DNA of 64,000 nucleotides from the IMG/VR virus record IMGVR_UViG_2974518997_000001, positions 1 through 64,000 of that record; one strand, written 5' to 3'. Shown here piece by piece: positions 37,524 through 46,030 of the stretch. The first letter of the stretch is position 1, and every line of letters begins with the position of its first letter. The notes beneath the pieces are model-generated. The model searched no databases and had not been told where the DNA came from. It was given only the letters and a program-made list of their open reading frames with translations. Both the position numbers and the translations under genes were made by a program. This stretch comes from a virus. Taxonomy: Duplodnaviria > Caudoviricetes.

Positions 37524-38091
37524 CCCGCTTCCGTGGCCGACCCCGATCCAGCACTCGATCTCCGAGGCGATGGACTGGGTCGGATCCGCGCTCTGGGACA
37601 TCGTCGAGCAGGCGAAGAACGCTCTCGTGCCGACGCCGCAGCGTGTGATCCACATCACGCCTGGTCGGCAGGTGCCGTGGGACCCGGAAGCAGCGTGCGG
37701 CATCGTCGGTGGCCGCGTGCTGACGATGACGCCGATCACCGGCCCGAAGGGTTCGACGAACCTGCCCTGCGGCGTGGTGGAGTACGTGGCCACGGTCGGC
37801 ATCCAGGTGGCGCGCTGCATCGCGACGGTGAACGACTCCCTGCAGGCTCCGACCGCGCAGGAGATCGACATGGACGGGCTGCAGATGACCCGCGACATGG
37901 CGAACCTGCTGCAGGTCATCCAGTGCCACTCGGCCGTGCGCACGATCGGCGCGTGGAACCCGTACGGTGCGATGGGTGGCATGGCCGGCGGGGAGTGGAC
38001 CTTCCAGCTGCGGATCCCGGTGTGCCCGTGCGGTCCGTCGATGAACCCGACCGGGGTTCAGACCTCCTCGGTGGACGGACTCTCCGCCTGA
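37513..38091 (+). CDS. tail terminator-like protein
   Basis: synteny; PGRQVPWD, VGIQVARC, PYGAMGGMAGGEW. Confidence 0.6.
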   Translation: MAGSPLPWPTPIQHSISEAMDWVGSALWDIVEQAKNALVPTPQRVIHITPGRQVPWDPEAACGIVGGRVLTMTPITGPKGSTNLPCGVVEYVATVGIQVARCIATVNDSLQAPTAQEIDMDGLQMTRDMANLLQVIQCHSAVRTIGAWNPYGAMGGMAGGEWTFQLRIPVCPCGPSMNPTGVQTSSVDGLSA

Positions 38092-38100
38092 CGATTGGTG

Positions 38101-38134
38101 TGCTACACTCGTAACACGGAAGGAAGGGCCTTCC
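38101..38134 (+). promoter_or_regulatory. extended -10 promoter plus AAGGG hairpin, copy 2
   Basis: TGCTACACT 38101-38109; ggaagg-AAGGG-ccttcc 38118-38134. Confidence 0.75.
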
Positions 38135-38153
38135 AGAATGAGGTATCACACAA

Positions 38154-38426
38154 ATGAACGCATACACCGTCGACAATTCGCGCGCTGCGTGGGAAATCCG
38201 CAAGAATGCGATCGCGCTGGAATCACGCAGAGCTGGGGACGTCGCGCCGGGCGATCACGTTCGATTCAACAACGCTCATGTCCGCGTGGTTCGGGACGTC
38301 GTCGCTGAAAACGGCAAGGTCAAGATTTTCGTGCACGACAGCAACGGAATGTGGTGGCTCGACGCCGATCACATGCTGGACATCGTGGCGGAGTCCGTGC
38401 CGGTCGGGGTCGGCTGGGTTCGCTGA
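38154..38426 (+). CDS. moron gene 1, small beta-rich hypothetical protein
   Basis: GAGGT RBS; own promoter and terminator; more A/T-ending codons than neighbours. Confidence 0.75.
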   Translation: MNAYTVDNSRAAWEIRKNAIALESRRAGDVAPGDHVRFNNAHVRVVRDVVAENGKVKIFVHDSNGMWWLDADHMLDIVAESVPVGVGWVR

Positions 38427-38436
38427 GAATCACACT

Positions 38437-38469
38437 GAGCCCGTCACGGTACGCCGTGGCGGGCTTTTT
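38437..38469 (+). terminator. intrinsic terminator
   Basis: gagcccgtcacgg-tacg-ccgtggcgggct-ttttc. Confidence 0.85.
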
Positions 38470-38485
38470 CACGTCCTCACCGGTG

Positions 38486-38523
38486 TGCTACAGTGGTAAC
38501 ACGAGCTGGGAAGGGCCCAGCTC
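38486..38523 (+). promoter_or_regulatory. extended -10 promoter plus AAGGG hairpin, copy 3
   Basis: TGCTACAGT 38486-38494; gagctggg-AAGGG-cccagctc 38503-38523. Confidence 0.75.
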
Positions 38524-38538
38524 AGAACGGAGCATCAC

Positions 38539-38868
38539 ATGAACACCGCAACACGTAGCACGGACGTCGACCGCCTTCACGGCGAGCTGAGCGAAGAGCT
38601 GTCGATCTTCGCAGTTCGTGAGAACGCCGGGACGTTCATTTGGCACGGCTGGGGCCACACGCCGCAGGGCATCGGCGGGATCGCATTCGCCTGTGGCACG
38701 GAATTCCCGGTGGAGGCCGAGTCGCCGAAGCGCTTCAAGCGCATCTACAAGACGTGCCCGGATTGCTTGCGAGCACTCGATGACATGGCCGACGCGATCC
38801 GGCAAGCCAACGCTCGAATCGAGGCGGCGGCGGAATCACGGCCGGCGCGCGTCACGCGGGTGAAGTAA
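38539..38868 (+). CDS. moron gene 2, Zn-finger-like hypothetical protein
   Basis: GGAG RBS; WH...ACG...TCPDC. Confidence 0.75.
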   Translation: MNTATRSTDVDRLHGELSEELSIFAVRENAGTFIWHGWGHTPQGIGGIAFACGTEFPVEAESPKRFKRIYKTCPDCLRALDDMADAIRQANARIEAAAESRPARVTRVK

Positions 38869-38880
38869 GGATCACACCAG

Positions 38881-38914
38881 TGAGGGCTCCTCGTTCGCGA
38901 GGGGCCCTCATTTT
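38881..38914 (+). terminator. intrinsic terminator
   Basis: tgagggctcctcg-ttcg-cgaggggccctca-tttt. Confidence 0.85.
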
Positions 38915-39046
38915 GCGTGATGCACTCGTACCACGTCCCCATGCCTGCGAGCACGCGTACGGAGCGCACAGCGCATCCTGCAGGGTCTGACGCAGATCAC
39001 GCTGACGCTACCCATGCCCTCGCTCGTAGACTGATCCCAGGATCGT

Positions 39047-39132
39047 GATTCATTCCTTTCCTCTTTCCTCCTCTCCCTCCCCCGTAGGGGAGGGAGGAGG
39101 AGAGGAATAGAGGAATTAGGGAAAGAGGAATC
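39047..39132. repeat. long imperfect pyrimidine-arm/purine-arm inverted repeat B
   Basis: core ctccctcccc-cgta-ggggagggag; starts GATTCATTCCT, ends GAAAGAGGAATC before GTG 39133. Confidence 0.8.
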
Positions 39133-39537
39133 GTGGGCGGCGCGCACATCAAGATCAACTCCTCGAGGTGGGATCGCATTGTCACGCGCGCGATCGGCGC
39201 ATCGACGGACCGCGCGGTCACGCGACAGAAGGGCAAGCTGCGCGACGAGGTCTACCGCGCGGGGCGCGTGCAGTCCGGCCGCATGGCGAACGAGTGGGAG
39301 CACACCGAGATCCCGGCGCTCACTCCGCGCGGGAAGCGCTACGCGATCTGGTCGCCCTTCGAGTACACCAAGTACCAGAACGACGGCACCCGGGGATCGA
39401 AGCCGATCCCGCCGAGGAAGGCCCTTCGGATCCCCGTCGGCGGCGGTGCGATCTTCCGCACGAAGTCCGGCCCGATCACCGCGGCGCGCTTCATGCAGCG
39501 GGCGTCCGGCTCGATGACTGTGAGCGACTGGTTGTAG
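39133..39537 (+). CDS. HK97 gp10-like tail completion/neck protein
   Basis: basic; VQSGRMAN, YTKYQNDGTRG, KALR, FMQRA. Confidence 0.6.
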   Translation: MGGAHIKINSSRWDRIVTRAIGASTDRAVTRQKGKLRDEVYRAGRVQSGRMANEWEHTEIPALTPRGKRYAIWSPFEYTKYQNDGTRGSKPIPPRKALRIPVGGGAIFRTKSGPITAARFMQRASGSMTVSDWL

Positions 39538-39542
39538 CTCAG

Positions 39543-39559
39543 GTAGCGTAGTACGCTAC
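39543..39559. promoter_or_regulatory. GTAGCGTAGTACGCTAC palindrome overlapping a -10 (TACGCT)
   Basis: 17-bp palindrome; TACGCT followed by a 7-nt spacer to ATG 39565; no RBS. Confidence 0.65.
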
Positions 39560-39564
39560 GTCGC

Positions 39565-39939
39565 ATGGAACTCATCGAAATCGAAGCCAAGGCCGCCGAG
39601 CTCATCCCGATCAAGCTCGTGGGCGTGCAGTACCTCATCAACCCGCCCAAGACCTCGCTGACGATGGATATGGCTGACACCATGGGCAGCTTCACGGCGA
39701 AGAAGCTCGACGAGAACGCGTCGGACGCCGAGAAGCAGCAGGCCATGAAGGAGAGCCGCAAGGCCTCGAAGAAGACCCGCGAGGCGCTGAACACGTGGAT
39801 GCTCCAGGCGTTTGGTGCGGACGGCTTCCAGGAGATCCAGAAGCGCCTGAAGGACCCGCTCGACAAGCTCGACATCGAGCACGTCATGGAGCTGATGAAC
39901 GCCGTCGCGGAGGCGAAGACGGGAAACCCTACTACGTGA
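39565..39939 (+). CDS. tail assembly chaperone (G)
   Basis: upstream of the tape measure gene; slippery site near its end. Confidence 0.85.
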   Translation: MELIEIEAKAAELIPIKLVGVQYLINPPKTSLTMDMADTMGSFTAKKLDENASDAEKQQAMKESRKASKKTREALNTWMLQAFGADGFQEIQKRLKDPLDKLDIEHVMELMNAVAEAKTGNPTT

Positions 39940-40277
39940 TCTACCGCTACGGCCAGATCGCCCTCGAGAACTGGGCTGATCTGGACGGCTATGCGGTAGG
40001 TCACAACATGCCTGACCTCCGGTCCCTCCCGCTCGAGCGCTTCTGCAACTGGATGTGGTGGATGCTCACCAAGAACGCGAAGAACGAGCAGGAGAAGGAG
40101 AAGCTGCGCGCGAAGATCTGGCGACCGCCTCCCGAGCAGCTGAAGAAGTCGGTTCCGATCGACAAGAGGTCGCCGTGGAGCGCGGAGAACGAGATGAAGG
40201 CGTTCGGCGCTCTGAAAATGCAGCTGATGCCCAGCGCCCCGCCGAAGCCGAGCGCCACGCCGGAGGCTGTGTCGTAA
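39565..40277 (+). CDS. tail assembly chaperone, -1 frameshifted form (GT)
   Basis: G-GGA-AAC at 39921-39927 leads into the open -1 frame (..KPYYVIYRYGQ..WADLDGYA..) ending at 40277. Confidence 0.85.
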
Positions 40278-40376
40278 TACACTGACGGGGAGAGCCGTGA
40301 TGACGACCCGCTCTCCTCGTCTATGATCCGCTCGCTGGCCTTGGGCCGGAGCCTCCCGCGATAGGAGGCTTCACCC

Positions 40377-43300
40377 ATGTCCATGGGCGGATCAGTCGGC
40401 GACGCGTATATCGAGATCGGTGCTGAGGACGACACCACCGCCGACCTCGCGAAGATCAGCAAGAAGCTGGTCTCCACGCTCGCCGCCGCTAGCGATCGCG
40501 CCGGGCGCGAGATGCAGAAGCGCTTCGCGGACTCCGCCGACAAGGCGGGCGACTCGATGGTGCGGCATCTGCAGGATGACTTCCAGCGGATCCAGCACGA
40601 CATCGACAAGCTCACCGAAGACCAGATCATCAAGATGGAGGCCGAGCTTCACTCGACGGCCGCCCGAGCGGAGCTGCTCTGGCTCGCTCGAGATCGTGTG
40701 GTCGACCTCTGGGTGAACATCAAGGGCAACGCGGCCGCGGAGCTGACGGCGATCGCGAAGGGCCTCTCAGGCGTCTCGACGATCACCGCCTGGAAGGACG
40801 CGCTGATCGGCATGGCGTCCTCGATGCCGCAGCTGATCACCCGGTTCGCCGCCCTCGGGGGAGCGATCGCGGCCATCGTCGCGCCGATCATGAACGCGAT
40901 GTCGGCGATCGCGCCGCTCGCATCCTCCCTCGGTCAGATCTTCCCGCTGATCCTCGCGGGCCCTGCGGTGTTCTCGGCGTTCGCCGCGCAGATCGCTGTC
41001 GTCGCCATGGCCTTCTCCGGACTCGCGGACGCGGTGGGCCCTGCCGGCCAGCGCGCGAGCGAGGTCATGACCCAGCTCGGCGACCGGTTCAAGGACCTGC
41101 AGAACGTCGTCCAGGAGAACTTCTGGGCGAACTTCATCGACGGCTTCGAGCGGGTCACGGGCGCGCTCATGCCGCAGCTGGAGTCGGGCCTGTCGAGCCT
41201 CGCCAGCGTGATGGGTAGTGCCTTCTCGGGCGTCGCCGACGCGATCGCCGCGCAGCTGGGTGACAGCGGCCTGGACACCTTCTTCCAGAACGTCTCGCAG
41301 GGCGTGACGAACGCGGCACCGGGTCTCGCGGCCTTCGCTGCAGCGTTCACCCGGATCATGGAGCAGGGCGCGACGCTGCTGCCCGCCTTCGGTGACTGGA
41401 TCACGAAGATCGGCAACCAGTTCAACAACTGGGCGCAGAACGCGGACATCGCCGGTCTCATCGAGAACGCCGCCGTGCAGATGGGTCACCTCTGGAACGT
41501 GGCGAAGGAGCTGTGGGGCGTCCTCTCGGGCATCTTCACCGCGATGGACATCGGCAAGTCGACAGGCCTCGAGTCGCTGGCGGCCACGCTCGGCAAGATC
41601 AGCGACATCGTGAACGGCGCGAGCTTCCAGAGCGCGATGTACGTGGTCTTCGCGGGCGCGGCCGAGGGTGCCTCCCGCCTCTCGGATGCGCTCATCCCGA
41701 TCGGTGAGTCGCTCGAGCGGCTCGCACCGCTGATCAGCAATGCCCTCTCCCAGCTGGCTGGAGGGGCCGCTGACGCGCTCATCGGCATCTTCGACGCCCT
41801 GGCCCAGCCCATCGCTATGGACGGCCTCCAGGCTGCCATCGACGGTCTCTCCGGCCTGATGACGAACATCGACTGGGGAGCGGCTGGCGTCGCCGTTGGC
41901 GCGATCGGCTCGGCGATCGGCACGCTCGCCCCGCTCGTGACGAACCTGGTGAACGCGCTGCTCCCGCTCGTCGGCCCGATCGTGGACGGCCTCGCGGGCG
42001 TCGGCGCGGTGCTGATGACGCTGCTCACCCCGGTCGTGCAGCTGATCGGTCCGCTCATCGCGACCGAGGGCGCGGTCATGGCGATCGTCGGAGCCTTCGT
42101 GCTCTGGAAGGGCATCTCGGCGATCATCACCGGCGTGCAGGCCGCGATGCTGGCGTACCGAGGGATCATGATCGGCGTCACCGCGGCGCAGACGGGCATG
42201 ACCGTCGCGCAGAACGCGGGCAAGGCCTCGATGATCGGCTTCGCGGCCACCACGATCGCGCAGGGCGTCGCCGCTGCAGCGAGCTGGGTCGCGAGCATGG
42301 TCCGCATGGGCGCTGCAGCTGTCGCTCAGGCCGCGGTGGCCGCCGGTGCGTGGCTGGCGCAGACCGCTCGGGTGCTCTCGTACGTGGTCGTGAACGGCAC
42401 CGCGCTGGCGCTGTCCTGGATCGGCAACATGGTGAAGATGGGCGCGGCCGCTGTCGCGCAGGCAGCCGTCGCCGCGGGAGCGTGGATCGCGGGCGTCGCG
42501 CGCACGGTCGCCGCGCTCGCGGTGCAGGCGGCAGCGTTCGTCGCGCAGAAGGCTGTGATGGTCGGCATGCAGGTCGCCACGGCGGCCGCGACGGCTGCGC
42601 AGTGGCTCTTCAACGCCGCTCTCTCGGCGAACCCGATCGGCATCATCATCACCCTGATCGCGGCGCTCGTCGCCGGTCTCGTGTGGTTCTTCACGCAGAC
42701 CCAGCTCGGCCAGGAGATCTGGTCGAACTTCATGACGTGGCTGCAGGAGGCGTGGACGAACATCTCCACGTTCTTCTCGGAGTTGTGGACGAACATCACC
42801 ACCTTCTTCTCCGAGGCGATCAACAACATCGTCTCCTTCGTCACGGACAACTGGGGCCTCCTCCTCTCCCTCCTCATCGGCCCGATCGGTCTCGCGATCC
42901 AGTGGATCACCGAGAACTGGGACGGCATCATGAAGTGGCTCAACGAGGTCATCACCGGCTTCGTCAGCTGGTGGAACGACACGTGGACCGCGGTCGGGCA
43001 GTTCATCTCGGACGTGTGGACGAACATCGTCACGTGGGTCACCGACACGTGGAACGGCTTCATTTCCTGGATAACCGGGATCATCAACACCTTCGTGTCG
43101 AACTGGAACCGGACCTGGACGGCCGTCGGCCAGTTCATCTCGGATGCCTGGAACCGGCTCGTCGCGACGGTGCGCGCGGTCTGGAACCAGTGGATCTCCT
43201 GGATCAACGCGGTGATCGCGACCTTCGTCGCCTTCTGGAACCGGACGTGGACCAACGTCGGAAACTTCATCCGCGACGCGTGGAACAACATCGTGGACGC

Positions 43301-44069
43301 GGTAACTTCGGCATGGAACCGCTTCTGGGCGACCCTCAGCGCGGGCATCGCGGTCTTCGTGGCGTACTGGAACCAGACGTGGTCGAACGTCGGCTCCTTC
43401 ATCTCGGACATCTGGAACAACATCGTCAGCTGGGTCACGAGCGCGTGGAACCGGCTGAGCGGCCAGGTGCAGGCGGGCCTCAACGGATTCATCGGCTTCT
43501 GGTCGAGCATCTGGAACAACGTCTCGAACACGGTCCAGAACGTCTGGAACAACGTGATGAGCTTCATCGGCGGCATCCCGGGACGCATCATGGGCGTCTT
43601 CTCGGGTGCCGGCAGCTGGCTCGTCGGCATTGGCCGCGACGTGATCAACGGTCTCTTCAACGGTATCCGCGGCATGTGGGACAACATGATGGGCTGGATC
43701 AACAACGCGGTCGGTGGCCTCATCGACACCGTCGGTGGTCTGCTCGGCATCGCGTCGCCCTCGAAGGTCTTCCGCCGGATGGGTGAGTACGTCACCGAGG
43801 GCTTCCTTGACGGCATCTCGCAGCTCGGGAAGCTCGCGGACAAGTCCCTCGAGGTGTCCATGCGCGGCGTGGTCGGCACGGCGGACGAGAGCCTCCGCAG
43901 CATCACGCCGGCCACGAGCGACAACGGCGGCAACACCACGAACACCACGACGATCGACCGCTCTCGGAACTTCAGCGATGGCGCGTTCGTCATCCCCAAC
44001 GCGGACCCGTACGCTGTGGCTCGGGAGGTCGCGAACGCGGCCGCAGAAGATTCGGAGCTGGCAGCATGA
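40377..44069 (+). CDS. tape measure protein
   Basis: 1230 aa Ala/Gly-rich; VGDAYIEI N-terminus; ANPIG; 11-residue Trp periodicity; LGIASPSKVF. Confidence 0.95.
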   Translation: MSMGGSVGDAYIEIGAEDDTTADLAKISKKLVSTLAAASDRAGREMQKRFADSADKAGDSMVRHLQDDFQRIQHDIDKLTEDQIIKMEAELHSTAARAELLWLARDRVVDLWVNIKGNAAAELTAIAKGLSGVSTITAWKDALIGMASSMPQLITRFAALGGAIAAIVAPIMNAMSAIAPLASSLGQIFPLILAGPAVFSAFAAQIAVVAMAFSGLADAVGPAGQRASEVMTQLGDRFKDLQNVVQENFWANFIDGFERVTGALMPQLESGLSSLASVMGSAFSGVADAIAAQLGDSGLDTFFQNVSQGVTNAAPGLAAFAAAFTRIMEQGATLLPAFGDWITKIGNQFNNWAQNADIAGLIENAAVQMGHLWNVAKELWGVLSGIFTAMDIGKSTGLESLAATLGKISDIVNGASFQSAMYVVFAGAAEGASRLSDALIPIGESLERLAPLISNALSQLAGGAADALIGIFDALAQPIAMDGLQAAIDGLSGLMTNIDWGAAGVAVGAIGSAIGTLAPLVTNLVNALLPLVGPIVDGLAGVGAVLMTLLTPVVQLIGPLIATEGAVMAIVGAFVLWKGISAIITGVQAAMLAYRGIMIGVTAAQTGMTVAQNAGKASMIGFAATTIAQGVAAAASWVASMVRMGAAAVAQAAVAAGAWLAQTARVLSYVVVNGTALALSWIGNMVKMGAAAVAQAAVAAGAWIAGVARTVAALAVQAAAFVAQKAVMVGMQVATAAATAAQWLFNAALSANPIGIIITLIAALVAGLVWFFTQTQLGQEIWSNFMTWLQEAWTNISTFFSELWTNITTFFSEAINNIVSFVTDNWGLLLSLLIGPIGLAIQWITENWDGIMKWLNEVITGFVSWWNDTWTAVGQFISDVWTNIVTWVTDTWNGFISWITGIINTFVSNWNRTWTAVGQFISDAWNRLVATVRAVWNQWISWINAVIATFVAFWNRTWTNVGNFIRDAWNNIVDAVTSAWNRFWATLSAGIAVFVAYWNQTWSNVGSFISDIWNNIVSWVTSAWNRLSGQVQAGLNGFIGFWSSIWNNVSNTVQNVWNNVMSFIGGIPGRIMGVFSGAGSWLVGIGRDVINGLFNGIRGMWDNMMGWINNAVGGLIDTVGGLLGIASPSKVFRRMGEYVTEGFLDGISQLGKLADKSLEVSMRGVVGTADESLRSITPATSDNGGNTTNTTTIDRSRNFSDGAFVIPNADPYAVAREVANAAAEDSELAA

Positions 44070-46000
44070 CGTACGAGGGCTACGTAGCATTCGGCGGCAA
44101 CGAGGTCGTGAACAACGAGCGCGCCCGAGGCTATGCGCAGACGGCTGAGTGCCCGATGTTCTGGCTGAAGGACGACCCGGACCAGGGCCTCGCGCCCGCG
44201 CTCGGGGACATCCCCTACGTCTACAGCGACATCACGGCGTCGCCCTGGTACGACTCCACGATCGACGAGATCAGCCGCCGCTTCTTCGGCGTCTACGGCC
44301 TCGAGGTCCGAGGGGTCGAGGACTCCACGCGCACGGCGACGGTGACCGAGTCGATCGACGACGGCGGTGTCATCGGCCGCCCTCGCTCGAGCACGCGCAA
44401 CGTGACGGTGCGAGCCCTGCTCCTCGGCAAGGGCCGCGACGCGATCGAGTACGGCATGAGCTGGATGGCGATGCAGCTGGACGCCGACGCGTGCGGCCAG
44501 GTCTCTCGGGACTGCGGCGTCGCGACGATGGACGTCTTCTCCACGGCTCCGCCCGTGCGCGGTGAGGTCCCGGACATCTCGGACTGGCAGATCACCCGCC
44601 GGAACCTGCTGACGAATCCTCGCATCATCAGCAGCAACACGGGCTGGACGTCGGCGTACTCCTCGAGCGCGACAGCGTCGGGCATGCAGGTGGTCATGGC
44701 CGGCGGCCTGGCACCCGAGACGATCATGATGTCCTCCGCTGCGATCGCGACGACTCCCGGCGAGAACCGCTCGGTCGGCATCACGATCGAGGTGCCCGCG
44801 GGCTTCCCGGCGATGACGTTCAGCGTGGTCGCCTTCGCTGAGGGACCCGAGGTCATCCTCAGCCGCTCCGGCTCTGTGACGATCCAGCCTGGCGAGAGCC
44901 GCTACCTCCCGGCCAGTGCGCCGCGCTCGGCTCCCTCGGGCACGACGGCCGTGCGCCTGCAGGTGCGCGTCGGCGGCACCGAGCCGTCGCCGCTGCTTTC
45001 CCGCTTCTACGCGCGCGAGGCGATCATGGCCGACCAGCGCGACCCGGGCGCGTTCTTCAGCGGCGCGACGCCGAACACCGAGACCGAGCGCTTCACCTGG
45101 ACCGGCACCGCAAACGCGTCGACCACGACCGAGGAGCGCAAGCTCCCGATCCTCCGGCCGCGGACGGACGCCGAGTACGGCGAGCTCGTCGACTACGCCC
45201 GGCGCTTCATGCGCAACTCCGCGGTGATCAGCGGCCCGCTCAAGCTCACCGAGCAGGCCTCGGGAGACTTCTGGGCCTACGAGGTGCAGTTCGTGCTGGC
45301 CGGCGGGCCGTCGATCCTCGGTGTGACGAAGTCGATCGCGCTGTCTCCGTCGACGCCGACCGTGGTGCAGGACATCGTCTACAACCTGATCCCGTACACG
45401 AACGCCGTCCTCGGCTCGGGCAGCATCGTGATCGCGACGAACCTCGCGCAGAACCCGAGCGTGGAGACGAACGCGACGGGCTGGTCGATCTCGAACAGCG
45501 TCATCTCCGGCTCGTCGCCGACGGCGTTCCTCACGGGCGCGCGCAGCACCGACGTGGCGGCGATCGGAACCGCGAGCTTCCGCGTGCGACTGCTCGGCGA
45601 CAACGGCGCGACGGTGGTCTCCGCCTCGGTCTGCGACATGATCGGATACCAGGACGTGCCGATCCCGGCAGGCGTCGGTCGTCGCGTGTCTCTCAGCCTC
45701 TGGGGCGCGGTCTTCGCCAGCGCTGGTGCGACGCCGAACACTGCTCTGCAGAGCCTCAACGCGCGCTACCTGTTCCTGAACAACGGGGCCGCGGTCGGCG
45801 GCACGACGGTCTTCGGAACCACGCCGACCGACGAGTTCGGCGGCAAGGTGCACTCGCTGATCGGCCTGACCGTGCCTGACTCCGCGACCCACATTCGAGT
45901 GAGCCTGGCTGCTCGAGTGACCTGGACGTCGTCCGCCGCAGCTGGCCAGAACAGTGACATCCGTCTGTACGGGGACGCGCTGATGGTGAGTGTGCCGTGA
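44066..46000 (+). CDS. minor tail protein (Dit-like N-terminus plus carbohydrate-binding-like modules)
   Basis: YEGYVAFGGNEVVNNER, SPWYD...FFGVYGL; NLAQNPSVET-type modules. Confidence 0.75.
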   Translation: MTYEGYVAFGGNEVVNNERARGYAQTAECPMFWLKDDPDQGLAPALGDIPYVYSDITASPWYDSTIDEISRRFFGVYGLEVRGVEDSTRTATVTESIDDGGVIGRPRSSTRNVTVRALLLGKGRDAIEYGMSWMAMQLDADACGQVSRDCGVATMDVFSTAPPVRGEVPDISDWQITRRNLLTNPRIISSNTGWTSAYSSSATASGMQVVMAGGLAPETIMMSSAAIATTPGENRSVGITIEVPAGFPAMTFSVVAFAEGPEVILSRSGSVTIQPGESRYLPASAPRSAPSGTTAVRLQVRVGGTEPSPLLSRFYAREAIMADQRDPGAFFSGATPNTETERFTWTGTANASTTTEERKLPILRPRTDAEYGELVDYARRFMRNSAVISGPLKLTEQASGDFWAYEVQFVLAGGPSILGVTKSIALSPSTPTVVQDIVYNLIPYTNAVLGSGSIVIATNLAQNPSVETNATGWSISNSVISGSSPTAFLTGARSTDVAAIGTASFRVRLLGDNGATVVSASVCDMIGYQDVPIPAGVGRRVSLSLWGAVFASAGATPNTALQSLNARYLFLNNGAAVGGTTVFGTTPTDEFGGKVHSLIGLTVPDSATHIRVSLAARVTWTSSAAAGQNSDIRLYGDALMVSVP

Positions 46001-46030
46001 TCATCGACTCGAACGTGAAGGAGGGCTGAC

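Noticed and set aside
42280-43560. Tandem peptide repeats in the tape measure gene
   Set aside because: Normal tape measure periodicity.
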